From Eledone cirrhosa (Eukaryota), in NCBI GenBank assembly GCA_964016885.1, contig OZ024743.1, forward strand, positions 157,108,001 through 157,172,000: a stretch of 64,000 bases of DNA, written 5' to 3'. Positions 12,663 to 26,298 of this stretch are shown piece by piece. A model generated the notes under the pieces. The model was not told the DNA's origin, did not search any database, and saw only the letters and a program-made list of their open reading frames with translations. The translations under genes and the position numbers were made by a program. Positions within the stretch are counted from its first letter, which is position 1; the number at the start of each line of letters is the position of its first letter.

Positions 12663-14565
12663 CAGTGGGAGCAATGTTGAGTTCCGTGGGATTGATAGCA
12701 GTGAGCTGGGACTCCTACTTAAACTTACTTATAGTAATAATTATCTAGACACATAAGATCTTAGCAACCTGTGCCCTACAAGACCAGCAAGGGGCAGACC
12801 ACCTACCATTACCTCAATGGCCAAGAAAACCTACACAGATAGATGGAACGGGTGGACGAGAGCCATACGGACCCCCGAAAACCAAGATGAACTAAAGAAA
12901 ATGATTGCACATGCGGTGGGACCCAGCATAAAATTAACCCTTAAGGAACATATGTTCAAATTTAATGGAAAAACATATGCCCAAGAGGATGGAGCAGCCA
13001 TTGGTGTTAGCATTGCAGGGGACATAGCTAACTTATTCATGGTATGGTGGGACAGTAAACTTAAACTTAAAGTTAAAGAGCAATTAGAAGACGCATTAAC
13101 CCTGATAATATACTCCCGCTACGTTGATGATATAAACATCGTAGTTAAAACACCACCACTAGAGAACAGTCAGGAATTAGAGAAAAACACAATGGAAAGC
13201 ATCCAGCAAATAGCTAACTCCATCCACCAGAGTATTAGAGTTACTATAGACTACCCAAGCAAATACCCCAACCATCGATTACCTGTACTAGACACAGAGC
13301 TCTGGTTAGATGCCATTATTAACAAAAAAAAAGGGCAGAGGATTGGCAGTACCAGTAGAGGGTCGGACGCCATGCTTTGACGCATAGAGTTACGGCCCTT
13401 GCCATTCTGAGTTCAAATCCCGCCGAGGTTAACTTTGCCTTTCATCCTTTCGGGGTCGATAAAATAAAGTACCAGTAATACACTGGGTTAATTGCTGGCC
13501 TTGTGCCAAAAGTAGAAACAATTATTAACAAAAAAAAAAAAAAAAAAAAAAAAACGACTGAGGTTAACTTTGCCTTTCATCCTTACGGGGTCGATAAAAT
13601 AAAGTACCAGTAATGCACTGGGTAATTGCTGGCCTTGTGCCAAAAGTAGAAACAATTATTAACAAAAAACAAATCCTCCATTCCCATTATGCCAAACCCA
13701 TAACTTCCAAGTATCTGATCCACCGAAACTCAGCTGTTTCGGACCATATCAAAATCAACATACTGATTGCGGATTTGATACGGGTGATGAGAAACATGTC
13801 CCGCATGTGCAAACCCGAAGAGCTAGAGAGACACATACAACACTTGATCCACTGTATGCAGTTCTCTGGTTACAATCAGAGAGATAAAAGCAGAGTGTAT
13901 AGAGGAGCCAGAACCAAATGGGTAAAAATGGTAAATAATGACACAAATGGGACCTGCCCCTTGTATAGGAGCAAATCTTGGAATAGAATATAAAGAACTA
14001 GGAATAAGACTAATAGAATAAACTCATGGTATGATAGTAATAATTACCAGAGTGTAATGTTCATCGATACAACCCCTAGAGGTGAATTAGCTTACAAACT
14101 TAGAAGGGCCCTAGATAAATATAAACTCAATATTAAGATAGTAGAAAGACCAGGTACCTCCATAAAAACACATATTAGCAAGACATACCCTTTTCAAAGA
14201 CCCCCTATATAGATAAGAAATGTATAACCTGTAAATTAAGCCCCCATATTAACTGTAAAACTAGAAATGTAGTATAAAGCATAAGATGTACTGAAGGACA
14301 ATGTAGAGATTAAAATATAGTGTACATAGGTGAGACAGCTCCTAGTATAAGGGAACGGATAAATGAACACTGGCGAGACCTTCAAGATAGTAAATATCAT
14401 CTGTACTCTACCAACATGCTAAAATAGAACATAAGGGAAAATTAGAGAACATAGAAATAAAAATAGAATCTACACACAGAAAAGACGCAATGTTTAGACA
14501 AATCAGAGAGGCAATAAACATAAAAGAATTACAACCAAAATTAAATAGAAAAAATGAATGGAACA
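12661..14565 (+). pseudogene. PLE reverse transcriptase / GIY-YIG polyprotein remnant, interrupted by SINEs
   Basis: ORFs 12817-13380 and 13613-13993 join as LWLDAIINKKQILHSHYAKP once the SINE insert is removed. Confidence 0.9.
13331..13667 (+). mobile_element. Two tandem family-1 SINEs inserted in the PLE ORF
   Basis: A full copy plus a 5'-truncated copy; duplicated target ATTATTAACAAAAAA at 13315, 13521 and 13655. Confidence 0.9.
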
Positions 14566-14787
14566 GCAACATCACAACTTACAATTAAGAACAAAATTAA
14601 AACACACGCGCACATAGAACAAACAACCAACCAGTAACATGTAAATAAACACATAAATAAACGAATATAAACACACACCGACACCGGGATAGGGCGCATG
14701 CGCAGACTGAGCACACAGCACACACACAGAAACAAGATGGCGTAGGACAGAACAAAGGAGAGGCACAAAAACAAAGAAAAAATCCAC

Positions 14788-14831
14788 AGTCACTGAAGAG
14801 GTCACATAATGTGTGACGAAAGAACTTTGAC
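14788..14831 (+). ncRNA. Minimal hammerhead ribozyme in pLTR
   Basis: GUCA-CUGAAGA-G-GUCACA/UGUGAC-GAAA-GAAC-UU-UGAC. Confidence 0.75.
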
Positions 14832-14991
14832 AATATATAAACAACCATCTGGTTGTGGAACCAACCAACCGGAAATTTATAAATTCCGAAATTTATAAAT
14901 TTATTATAATAAATTTTGAAGTGAAAGCAACTGGTGCGTGTGTTTCGTATTGGCAACATGACCCTCCCAAATGATAACAATATATATATAT

Positions 14992-15278
14992 ATGGTGGCT
15001 GCCAACTCGTTTTCGAGTACGGCCACTACTTTATGTCCATGTAGGAGAACCCCTACTGATGCGCTAAATGAGTGTGAATTGTTAGTCCACCCAGCGACTT
15101 GAAAACTCTGGTACAAACACTACACTTGTGACAATTATTGACACATAGTGCTGGGCCCATGGTACCATGTGAGGACAAGTGCAGAGAGATCTCCAGATAT
15201 AAAGCAATGCCTGTGCCGTGAAGTTTTTATAGTGAGCAAAAGCACTGCACAATGCCAGTCCCACTCTCTTAACCAAGA

Positions 15279-15281
<3 letters not shown>
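14992..15281 (-). mobile_element. 5'-truncated RTE-derived non-autonomous element
   Basis: Near-identical to 59704-59995; 3' end GAGTTGGCAGCCACCAT followed by (TA)n. Confidence 0.85.
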
Positions 15282-15324
<43 letters not shown>

Positions 15325-15330
<6 letters not shown>

Positions 15331-15860
15331 ATACTTTGGGAGGGTCATGTTGCCAATAAGAAACACACGCACCAGTTGCTTTCACTTCAATTTATTATAA
15401 TAAATTTATAATAAATTTATAAATTTATAAATTCCTGGTTGGTTGGTTGGTTCCACAACCAGATAGTTGTTTATATATAGTCATAGTTCTTTCGTCACAA
15501 CCGGATGTGGCGCATGCGCAGACTGAGCACACAACACACACACAGAAACAAAATGGCGTAGGACAGAACAAAGGAGAGGCACAGAAACAAAGAAAGGAAT
15601 CCCCAGTCACTGAAGAGGTCACGGAGTGTGTGACGAAAGAACTATGACTATATATAAACAACTATCTGGTTGTGGAACCAACCAACCAGAAATTTATAAA
15701 TTTATAAATTTATTATAAATTTATTATAATAAATTGAAGTGAAAGCAACTGGTGCGTGTGTTTCTTATTGGCAACATGACCCTCCCAAAGTATAACAATA
15801 TCGGTTTCAACACACGATTTCAGATAAAGAATCTTGCTAAACAAACTCAGAAACGAAATA
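15325..15860. mobile_element. Inverted solo-pLTR pair of the 12660-14980 PLE family
   Basis: 15325-15499 is the reverse complement of 15629-15801; right arm has a tail at 15802-15858; TA tracts on both sides. Confidence 0.88.
15605..15649 (+). ncRNA. Minimal hammerhead ribozyme
   Basis: AGUCA-CUGAAGA-G-GUCAC/GUGAC-GAAA-GAAC-UA-UGACU. Confidence 0.8.
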
Positions 15861-15972
15861 TATATATATATATATTTTTCGTTACAACATATATCGTCAC
15901 TAATACTCTTTTATTCCTAATTAAACCATTTTTCAACTGTGAACAATTTGTCAGCATTTTCTATTCCGTTTA

Positions 15973-16047
<75 letters not shown>

Positions 16048-16072
16048 ATATATATCTATATATATACACACA

Positions 16073-16660
16073 CACTAATCCCCCGCTTCTCGGGGCATAC
16101 CTTCCAGAATCAACCGCGACGAATGACAATACGCAGTATAGAGAGACCACAAAGACAACTATGATTTTCATAGTTTAAGCCTTAAAATACCTCTGCTACA
16201 CGCCTTATATATATATAAAACTCATAAAAACACACCTTTGTATTTGAACTCCCAAAACACCCAATAACGATCGTACCACTAGTTACCAATAACGACCATT
16301 ACCAGCCACGTTAGCAGCTGGGTAAAACACTGCACATTTACCTTCAATCTATGAAGTGTTCGTAGTAGATTGGAGAAAAGCACAATCAGTAAAACGGTAA
16401 AAAAATGAAAAATAAAAACACTTTTTCATAGTTAAAGCCTTAAGATCCCCCATCCTTACGCTATACACTTCTATCACATCTAAACTTATTTAAGAAGTTT
16501 AAAATTTAAGCACTTTTTTATTCAGACGTTTATATCACGAATAGATATGTTGTAACGAAAAATCCGCGATGTAGGGAAGATTACCGCAATAGGAAATTAG
16601 AAACGTTCCAAAGAAAAACCGCGATGTAGCTGGACCGCGAAAAGTGAACCGCGATTATGT
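16073..16660. mobile_element. Probable pogo/Tigger-like non-autonomous DNA transposon
   Basis: Left end TAATCCCCCGCTTCTCG; repeated CCGCGA(T) subterminal motifs at 16563-16656; TA flanks. Confidence 0.45.
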
Positions 16661-17425
16661 ATATATATATTTAAAAATTAGTCAGTAATATACATTACAT
16701 CTCCATGAATATCACAGAAGACTATAATAAGCTATTGGCTCGAGGTTCTTGCTTTTGTTGTTATCAGTTCACCAGTTTTTCTTCCTTTGGATGTATATCT
16801 ATTGCTGCTGCAAGTGATAGCAGAGTGAGGTCGTCAGTGGACTGACGCGTATAAAGCTGGGTCTGTATAATATAATATTGTGTAATATTGTTTATGTTTT
16901 AATGACAAATTTAATGAGGCAAATGTTGTGTCATGTTGCAATAGATTGGATAATCTAACTATTCTGAATTGAGTTATATGTTTGGACATTCTAATGTTGT
17001 GTATCGAGTCCCAGTTGCCTGCTAGAGTTGGCTGTCATGCCTATGTGTTGTTATGTCTGAAATTATCTGCGTGCACCTTTACGTTAAATACTGCGTGCTT
17101 GGTTCTCATCCCTTATAGATTTTGCGGTTACACCTAGCTGTTATTTCTTCTTTGATTCTAAGGTTGACTACGTTTCTCTTTATGCATATTTCAATGGCCT
17201 AATTTAATCATCTAACTTGAGGGATTTCATCGGGTTATCTCATATCACTCAATTTGCAATCCACACCTGATAGAATCGCCTATGTCTCAACATATTCACA
17301 TAATGTAACTAGGCCATTGAAGTGCGTATAATGTTTTCGCAAAATTAAAATTTCAAAGAATGTTTCTTTCCGACCTTCTGTTGTATTTTATATGTATTCA
17401 TACAGAGACAGAACCACACACACGC

Positions 17426-17515
<90 letters not shown>

Positions 17516-18173
17516 GGGTGGGGGTATAAACAAAGAAACAAAGGGGTGAATGAAAAAGAAATATAAATGCCTGGAAAGAAAAACATCAAAATGAAAAAGA
17601 AAGGTAGAGATAAAAATAAAACATCTATAACTGGATGATAAAAAGCCGGTAAGTAGAAATGAAGTGTAAGAAAATATCAACCATTGATAGTTTCTAGCAT
17701 CCTTTATCCTATACCCATTTAATATTCCAATATTCAGTTACAGGCTGATCACTAGAACTTTCTAAGGCTAAGCTTCCATAAAGCATGCATTGAATATAAT
17801 ATTGAATAATCTCAAAGCCATGATTCTTATAGATTTTTGAAAATGATAGACAATTTTGGTTGACCTACTAATTAAATATATACATACATAGCAATATACG
17901 AATGTATATATATATACATATAAACTGAAAGCGCTTTCGATTTATATGTGTATATATTCGTATATGTCTGAGTATGTGAACGAGTCTGTCATTAATACTA
18001 TTTTCAATAGGTATTATATTAACGAAAAATTTAAATTGGTATAAAATAAAAGAATGAAAACGGGGAAATAAAAATAATAATCTGTAATTTAAAACCTATC
18101 AAATTCAATATCTTATTTTACTGGTATTCAACATAACTTGAATTTCTTTTATTGGAATTTTTTCATATATATA

Positions 18174-18318
<145 letters not shown>

Positions 18319-18569
18319 AGCTAAAATATTCTTCTGACTCTGGATATTTTTTCGCGCAAAGGGCGAAAAGAGCTGAACAATAGACTAACATCTTATGCTT
18401 CACAATACAAAATTACCCTCTTTATAATTTGAGTTCGTATTCCGTACCTGCAAACTAAATGCAGTTTTGCTTAATTGATTGTATATACTTGCTTAAAGAT
18501 GCAAACATGTCAAAGCAATTTGTTAATCTGTGTTGGTGTTGCTATGTTGTATTTGTATATGTTAAACAA

Positions 18570-18611
18570 AGTAGTAGTAGTAGTAGTAGTACTAGTAGTA
18601 GTAGTAGTAGT

Positions 18612-18680
<69 letters not shown>

Positions 18681-18696
18681 TGTTGTTGTAGTAGTA
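18570..18696. repeat. (GTA)n/(GCA)n microsatellite
   Basis: Read directly. Confidence 0.95.
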
Positions 18697-18827
18697 AATA
18701 TATAAGTACGAATAATGTTAAAGATTATATTATGTGCACACTACCAAATATATTTCGATATAAAGAGCCAAAACATACAACGCTCTATCGATACTGCCAA
18801 TGGTTTGCTATCAGCTTGATAGATAAT

Positions 18828-19310
18828 AATTGTTTCTAGTTTAGGCACACGGCCAGCAATTATCCCACTGTATTACTGGTACTTTATTTTATCGACCCCA
18901 TAAGGATGAAAGGCAAAATGGTTTCTTATTTAGGCACAAGGCCACCAGATTTGTGGGAGGAAAAATTCATTTAAATCGACCGCAGTTCTTTACTGGTACT
19001 TTATTTTATCCACCTCGGAAGGATGAAAGTCAAAGTGGACGCTCGGAAGGATTTGAACTCAGAACGCAATGAGCCGAGACGAATACTGCTGAGCATTTTT
19101 CCAACGCTCTAATGACTATGCCAATCCAGTGATATGTAATATAAGGCCTATAAATTTGGGTGAAGGGGAATGTTGATTAAATCGACCCAAGTTCTCTACT
19201 GGTACATTATTTTATAGACCCTGTAAGGATTAAAGGCAAAGCTAACCCCGGCTAGATTTAATCTCAGAACGTAAAGCAAGTTGACTGACGCTCTACCAAT
19301 CCTCTAAACC
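18828..19310 (-). mobile_element. Cluster of three family-1-related SINE copies
   Basis: ACTGGTACTTTATTTTATCGACCC and GGATTTGAACTCAGAACG motifs repeated. Confidence 0.8.
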
Positions 19311-20205
19311 ACCACGATATATGCGCACGCAGACTTTAAAAATATTTATTTTGAATATAATTCACCAGAATAAAAAAATATTGCTTAGAATATGCAGTTG
19401 ATTTCCTGTGGTTTTCACATAAGAATGATAAAGGAATAAGATAAAATATTTCTGAATCTTGAAGTTACTCGTTTTACCATTCGTGACACTGCAAAAACAG
19501 GTTCTGAATGTCGATGCAAGAGAGAATGGCATATGATCAGATAAGGTATCATTTGTTTTACAAATGCCTGTGATCCTTGAAGACGGCATAGTTTTTCATG
19601 CGACAGGAAACGCTATATGATAAGTAGTGTTAAACTGAAGGTACAACACGTATATGAATGGTCGATAAACAAGATTTGTCGTCTCCGGTTAAAAGATAAA
19701 AAGGTTGCAAACTCAAATGTCATAACCAGAGACCCTGGTACTGAAGTTCGGGATCGAAGCACTGAAATAAGCAACATACCTAGTCTGTTTCAGCTGATGC
19801 CTCAGTATGATTATGTATGTATATACATGTATGTATCAGTGACAGTGTGCCGGTATATGTGTGTGTGTGCAATGTGTACATGCCTGCTTGAAATAATGGG
19901 AGTGGAAAAACATCATGCTGGAATTTGAAAAGTTAATGATGAATAATGTCAGATGTTTCATTGATCTAAACATTATACTGGAATATCAATGTTATAGATT
20001 AATTAATGAAATCAATTAATTAACGTAATTAATTGATTACTTTTAAGTAAATATTTTGTTATCTGATAGAAATCAGACGACCAAGTTAACATGGGTATTA
20101 AGTGCCAGTTACCTTGTATTTCATTAAACCATATTTCAAATTTAGTATTTGGTTGCATGTGTCTGAAATTATAGTTTATCTTGCATATGTATTTTTCGTA
20201 TTTCA

Positions 20206-21212
20206 CACTCGGTCATTTATCATAATAGTTTTTGTGATATACATTCCCGCTCTCTGCCTTGATTTCAAGTAACACCGGTGCAATTCTTTCCATCTTTAAC
20301 TAACACTTCTATTCATATATGCAACAACCGCGATGTATTTCGGTTTTTAGCAATGCAAATTATTTATTAAAATACATAAAATTGATTTCGGAGCATAAGA
20401 AATGCTTTATTCTCGAACGACTGTTAGCTCTCTGTAAAGATCAAATATGTCTCATAATCTGGACAAGTAGGAAAGTACACTTAATGGTATCAATATTTTA
20501 ATATCGCATGTTGTTTACAATTCTTATTCTGCAACTAGAGCTATATATTTGCACCTTGTTTTGTATCTAGAAAAATGAAACAAAATGTATTGTTATGAGT
20601 GATTGGTCCTTCCGAATAACAACATATCCTTTCCAAAAATATAATAATCCTCTCTATCAACATTCTCCTATTTCTATAATTATTTCCCTTCTTCAAACAT
20701 TGATACGTACCTTCGCTTTCACGTACTATGGCACTTTGCCTCTTTATGAAATTGTCATATTGACATTCTCAATTTTAATAGCACTGTATATTCAATTCTC
20801 TGCTATATTTGTTATAATTTTTGTAATTTGTTTAACATTCTGAAATAAAATGTTTTCTCAAAATTTATATTTATACAAATTTATGAAGTTTCCGAAGAAG
20901 TTTGCATTATGTTGTTCAGAGAATAATTTTACGTGAAAGCTAATCCATCATCTTTAATTAGATATATGCGTTGCCCAAAATGTGTTCTTATCTTCTTTAT
21001 CGGTGAAATCAGATTTGCCTGTTTATCTATAATATCACTCGAATCAGAAGAAATTCGTTCCAAAGATCGAATGTTATGAAAGAAAGCAATAACTCAACAC
21101 TACACTTCTTTTTTCTTAAATATTTGCTTTCTTTTTTCATGCAAATTACATTTATCTAAAGCAAACAAAATTCGTATTCATAGTTTATTCAATAACTAAC
21201 TATGACCGAGTG
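20206..21212. mobile_element. Possible piggyBac-like MITE
   Basis: 11-bp TIR CACTCGGTCAT/ATGACCGAGTG; TTAA on the right flank, TTCA on the left. Confidence 0.35.
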
Positions 21213-21784
21213 TTAAGGTGAGAAACGGGGTTGGGACGGTGGTGTACTGTGTATTGTCAAACGTATTGCTTTTCAAACACATACATTGACTCAGCAATAT
21301 ATTCGTATCAAAAATAATTAACGCTGTAAAATTCAATTCCTATACCTGTAAATACATTCCAAAGAATAGATTTCAAATATCTCATTATTTTCGACCTTTC
21401 AATTTCTATTTGTTTAGAAGAAGTGGTAATTAAAGTTAACACTTGTAGAGTTCGAACACAGAACGTAGAAGAGATGAAACCAAATAGTGTATAATATTTA
21501 GTCTGTTGCTTTCAATGATTCTTCCCGTCCAATTGAGCGATGAGTTTCGTGTATTATCAAACTATGCTCTAGAATGGCCGCAGGGTAATAAGTGAAATAC
21601 GTAAACGAATAAAAAGATTTTCAGAAAATGCCTTACAAATACTGGCCCATACAAGGATTCACTCAACTGAAACTATCACTGGTAAAATATATGAATAAAT
21701 TAAATATATTAGATATATAACACGTCTGTTCGTCTTTGTTGCTTTCCTGTTTCAAATGAATGCTTATCATCTTGTACCAGTAAT

Positions 21785-22199
21785 ACCAGTAATGCACTGG
21801 GTAATTGCTGGCCTTGTGCCTAAAGTAGAAACAATTATTGGCAGTATCGGTAGAGGGTCGGACAACATGCTTTGTAGCATAGTTACACCACTTTACGGTC
21901 TGAGTTCAATTCCCGCCGAGGTTAACTTTGCCTTTCATCCTTACGGGGTCGATAAAATAACGTACCAGTAATTCACTGAGATAACTGCTGGCCTCGTGCC
22001 AAAAGTAGAAACAATTATTGGCAGTAAAGGTAGAGGGTTGGACGCCATGCTTTCTACCACAGAGATATGGCCCTTTACAGTATGAGTTCAAATCACGCCG
22101 AGGTTAACTTTGCCTCTCATCTGTACGGGGTCGATAAAATAAAGCACCAGTAATACACTGGGATAATTGCTGCCCTTGTGCCAAAAGTAGAGACAATTA
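21785..22199 (+). mobile_element. Head-to-tail array of family-1 SINEs
   Basis: A partial unit plus two ~180-bp units joined at GAAACAATTATT|GGCAGTA. Confidence 0.9.
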
Positions 22200-22707
22200 G
22201 TCTACATAGTTAATTGTAGCATGAGATGAATAACAATAACTGACGTTCGCTAAGCTTAGAAATAAATTGAATTATTATGCTATAACATCTTTGATTGTGT
22301 TTGTGCTCAATCTCGACTAAAGACACGAATATACTGATCCTTATAATCGGGAACTGGTAAAAAGCTAAATGAACATGACAAATATAAATCAGAAGGGTGA
22401 ATTGCCGCCTCAAAATAATGTTTCTAATTGTGTATGGCATGCGTACTTTATTCAAAATAGAATATCTCGCCAAATACAATTCGATGTTTCTCTGTTTTTA
22501 AGTCGTCAATTTTAGAAATGACCGCCCCATATTTCTAGTAGGTTATAAAATCATTTTAAGATTACTTTGTTGGCTCTAATTTTTCTTGTGCAGGATTTCA
22601 CTAAACAAACCCAGGTTCAAGTTATCATAAAATGAATGATCACATCTTTTATTCCAGCAGAATACACTTATCATTACATTGGACAATTTGTCCTTTCTTG
22701 TTTTCAG

Positions 22708-22784
22708 AAGATGAGATGATGAGGTTTGAGAGTGAGCTGGCTGCAATTTCTAGCACGTTCAGCAATTCCGTAAATTCACACTGA
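22708..22784 (+). CDS. Candidate terminal coding exon of an unidentified host gene
   Basis: Strong acceptor TTGTCCTTTCTTGTTTTCAG followed by the frame DEMMRFESELAAISSTFSNSVNSH* in non-repetitive DNA. Confidence 0.25.
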
Positions 22785-23148
22785 TTTGCATCTGATATCA
22801 TAATACCGGTTCTTATGAAACTGAATCCAACTAAAAATGTTGGATAGGATTTTTGCCTTGAAGAGTATGTCCTTGAGGCATGGGGCTTAACCATATCTTG
22901 TTAGTGTGTGTGTGTGTGTGTGGGGGGGGTTGAGAAGCTGCATGTGAAAAACGGTGTGATTAAGAGCAGAAGGCATCGGTAATAGGGACTTTCAATTCTT
23001 ACCTTCAATGTAATGCAGGATCACATTGAAAGCGAAAAGAATTATTTCGGAGCTGCAGTTTTCAGAATAAAGAATTGCCTATAATTACCAGCTTATGTGT
23101 AGTTTCAGGAAGATAGAGAAAGAGGAGAGACAGAAAGTGAGTCATAGA

Positions 23149-23149
<1 letters not shown>

Positions 23150-23194
<45 letters not shown>

Positions 23195-23930
23195 AAGGGT
23201 CTGTGTGTGTCTGTGTGTGTGTATGTGTGTATGTGTGTATGTGTGTGTATCTGTGTGTATGTATGTGTGTCTGTGTTTGTATGTGTGTATGTGTGTGTGT
23301 CTCTGTGTATGTATGTGTGTCTATGTGTGTGTATGTGTGTGTATGTGTGTGTGTGTATGTGTGTATGTATGTGTGTCTATGTGTGTGTGTGTGTATGTAT
23401 GTGTATGTGTGTGCGTGCGTGTGTGTGTGTGTGTGTCTATGTATGTGTATGTGTGTGCGTGCGTGTGTGTGGGTTGTATGTATGTGTATGTGCGTGCGTG
23501 CGTGTGTGTGTATGTTGTATGTATATGTATAAAGAGAAGCAGAAAGAAGGAATGGTAGAGTTATCGGCGGAAATGCAGCAATTAATAGCTTTCTATGAGA
23601 GAAGGAAACGTGCAGCTATCGTGTTTAACTAGAAAGAAGTAGATGAGGATCACACAATCTTAAAGAGATAATTTTAAACAATGATGATGACAATGGAGGA
23701 GAGAAGGGAAGGCTGATAATGGGGGACGAAGGGAAGGCTGATAATGATGAGGATGATGATGATAAGGATACAGATGGGGATGAGGATGATGCACATTATG
23801 ATGGTGATGATGATGATGATAATGATGATCACCATCATCATGCTGATCATAATCAGGATCAAGATAATGATCAGAATGGTAATGATGAATATCATAATGA
23901 TCACGTTGATCGTAATCATGACCCTGATAT
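23150..23930. repeat. (TA)/(TG) mosaic and degenerate (GAT)n low-complexity block
   Basis: Read directly; explains the spurious ORFs. Confidence 0.9.
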
Positions 23931-24152
23931 AGTTGTGGCAACTTTATTTCATGTTAGAAAGTATCAATTATTTTCCTGACATGGGAGGAATAAATTGATG
24001 CCATAAATATGGCTTCCATACACAGTGTACGTGATTGTATCTGGGTGTTATATGCATATTATAAAGTTCACATTTGGAGATAAATATACACTCTTACTAA
24101 TATGCACATATTTATTGATGTGTGTATCAGCATATATGTTTTCATGCGCATC

Positions 24153-24265
<113 letters not shown>

Positions 24266-24542
24266 CGTGTGTGTGTGTGTGAGGTATGTATGTAATATAT
24301 ATATATGTATATAAGTATAGATTCAGCGAGAATCGCATTTCGGCGGATAGAAAAGGTGACATGAAACGCAAATATCAGATATGATACTGGTAAGCGCTCG
24401 ATAGTTAAAAAGCCAGAGCTAATGTTAAGAGGCCATACACAACTGAAATAGTCGACAAGAAAGCATCAACCACCTAAGCCAAAAAGCAAATCAAGCTAAA
24501 CAGGTCAAAACAAAATAAAATAAATGATAAAGAAAACACAGA

Positions 24543-24637
<95 letters not shown>

Positions 24638-24669
24638 AGATCAGAAGATGGTTAAAGGAGTTCCATATA

Positions 24670-24736
24670 TTTTATTATGCGCATTTCAAAAACAAACATC
24701 ATCAAGCAATAATATTTGTGTTTTCATCAGATAAAA
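24670..24736 (-). ncRNA. Minimal hammerhead ribozyme (family D, left arm)
   Basis: Reverse complement of 26027-26093. Confidence 0.88.
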
Positions 24737-26026
24737 CAGGAGAACATGATATGAAGGCTAAAAAACACTTGTGGATAGTGCAGTTTTAAATCAACATATG
24801 AAAAGTGGTTTTAGATTGATGTGTGATATTGGGAAAAATATTTTATTTAGAGAGGGGGGGGTGAAAAGGGAAGGAAATGAGAGGGAGAGATGGGTGATAG
24901 AGAGAAAGAGATAGTTTTTATAACTGAGAGGAGATATATTTTTTTACATAGAGGGGTTGAAAACCGTTGGAAGATACTGTATAAATTAAAAATTTTGAAA
25001 ATTAACGAAGGGAGGATATGTGCGAGGGAAAAATATTTTTTTTAGGGAGGGGGGGGTGGAAAGGATGAAAAAAAGGGGGAGGAGATGAGAGTGAAGCTGG
25101 AGAGGGAGAGATGGGAGATAGAGAGAAAGAGATAGTTTTTATAACTGAGAAAAAGATATATTGTTTTAATATAGAGAGGTTGGGAACCGTTGGAAGATAA
25201 TGTATAAATTAAAGGAATTTGAAAATTAACGAAGGGAAATTATGTATGAAGATAGAGAGAAAAAAATAATAATTGTGGGTGAATATTCTAACGTCAAAAG
25301 AAGAAATGTATGTATTGTGGCAATTTCAAAATTAGCGAAGAGAAAAATTGTTAAGGTTTGTGTGTAGAAGGATTTGAGAAAAATAATGTGAAGTTAAAGT
25401 TTGTATATTGAATTGATAATATGTGCGAATAAAGAGTTAATATGTATTAATAATGAGTTCGTTGATGGGGAGAAAAAAATAATAATAAATTAAGGATGAA
25501 ATTGAGATTAAAAAGATTTATGATAGAGAGAAAAAATAATAATGATTGCGGATGAATATTCAAAATGTCAAAAACAAATGTTATTATTTTACGAGAAGAT
25601 AGAATGAGGGTAATGAGTAAACGAGTATTATAGAGTGTATAATGCCCTTTAAAGTAAGGTAGATGGGTATATTTTAAAGAGGTGTATGTATATGTGCCTT
25701 TGAGAAAAGATTCTAAATTGATAAAGAATTGAATATTAACTGTATACTTTGTGAAAAGTTCTATGGGTTCTAAAAGTTCTAAAAGTTCCAACGGTTTTCA
25801 ACCCCTCTATGTAAAAAATATATCTCCTCTCAGTTATAAAAACTATCTCTTTCTCTCTATCACCCATCTCTCCCTCTCATCTCCTTCCCTTTTCATCCTT
25901 CCCCCCCCCTCTCTAAATAAAATATTTTTCCCAATATCACACATCAATCTAAAACCACTTTTCATATGTTGATTTAAAACTGCACTATCCACAAGTGTTT
26001 TTTAGCCTTCATATCATGTTCTCCTG

Positions 26027-26093
26027 TTTTATCTGATGAAAACACAAATATTATTGCTTGATGATGTTTGTTTTTGAAATGCGCATAATAAAA
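26027..26093 (+). ncRNA. Minimal hammerhead ribozyme (family D)
   Basis: UUUUAU-CUGAUGA-long stem II-GAAA-UGCGCA-UA-AUAAAA; palindromic stem III AUGCGCAU. Confidence 0.9.
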
Positions 26094-26219
26094 TATATGG
26101 AACTCCTTTAATCATCTTTTGATCTTATATTATGCATACTCCAGTCCCACAAACTGTAGAGTGCTTCTTATCCGATATCTGCATTGCTTTATTGTACTAC
26201 AATAAAACTCACCTCCTAC

Positions 26220-26298
<79 letters not shown>

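Larger units (their letters stand above)
12660..14980 (+). mobile_element. 5'-truncated Penelope-like element (RT + GIY-YIG + pLTR with hammerhead)
   Basis: FNGKTYAQEDGAAIG, YSRYVDD, LPVLDTELW, HYAKP, C..CITC..C...YIGET...RERINEH, LNRKNEW; stops and frameshifts; ends at (TA)n. Confidence 0.92.
24632..26222. mobile_element. PLE (family D) with inverted terminal arms inside (TA)n
   Basis: 24632-24970 is the reverse complement of 25788-26132; right arm has a tail at 26133-26221; internal duplication at 24850-25250. Confidence 0.88.

Noticed and set aside
14180-14340. Selenocysteine codons in the PLE endonuclease
   Set aside because: The in-frame stops seen are TAA and the Cys codons are TGT.
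21785-22199. CRISPR-like regular repeats
   Set aside because: They are tandem SINE units with no unique spacers, in a eukaryotic context.
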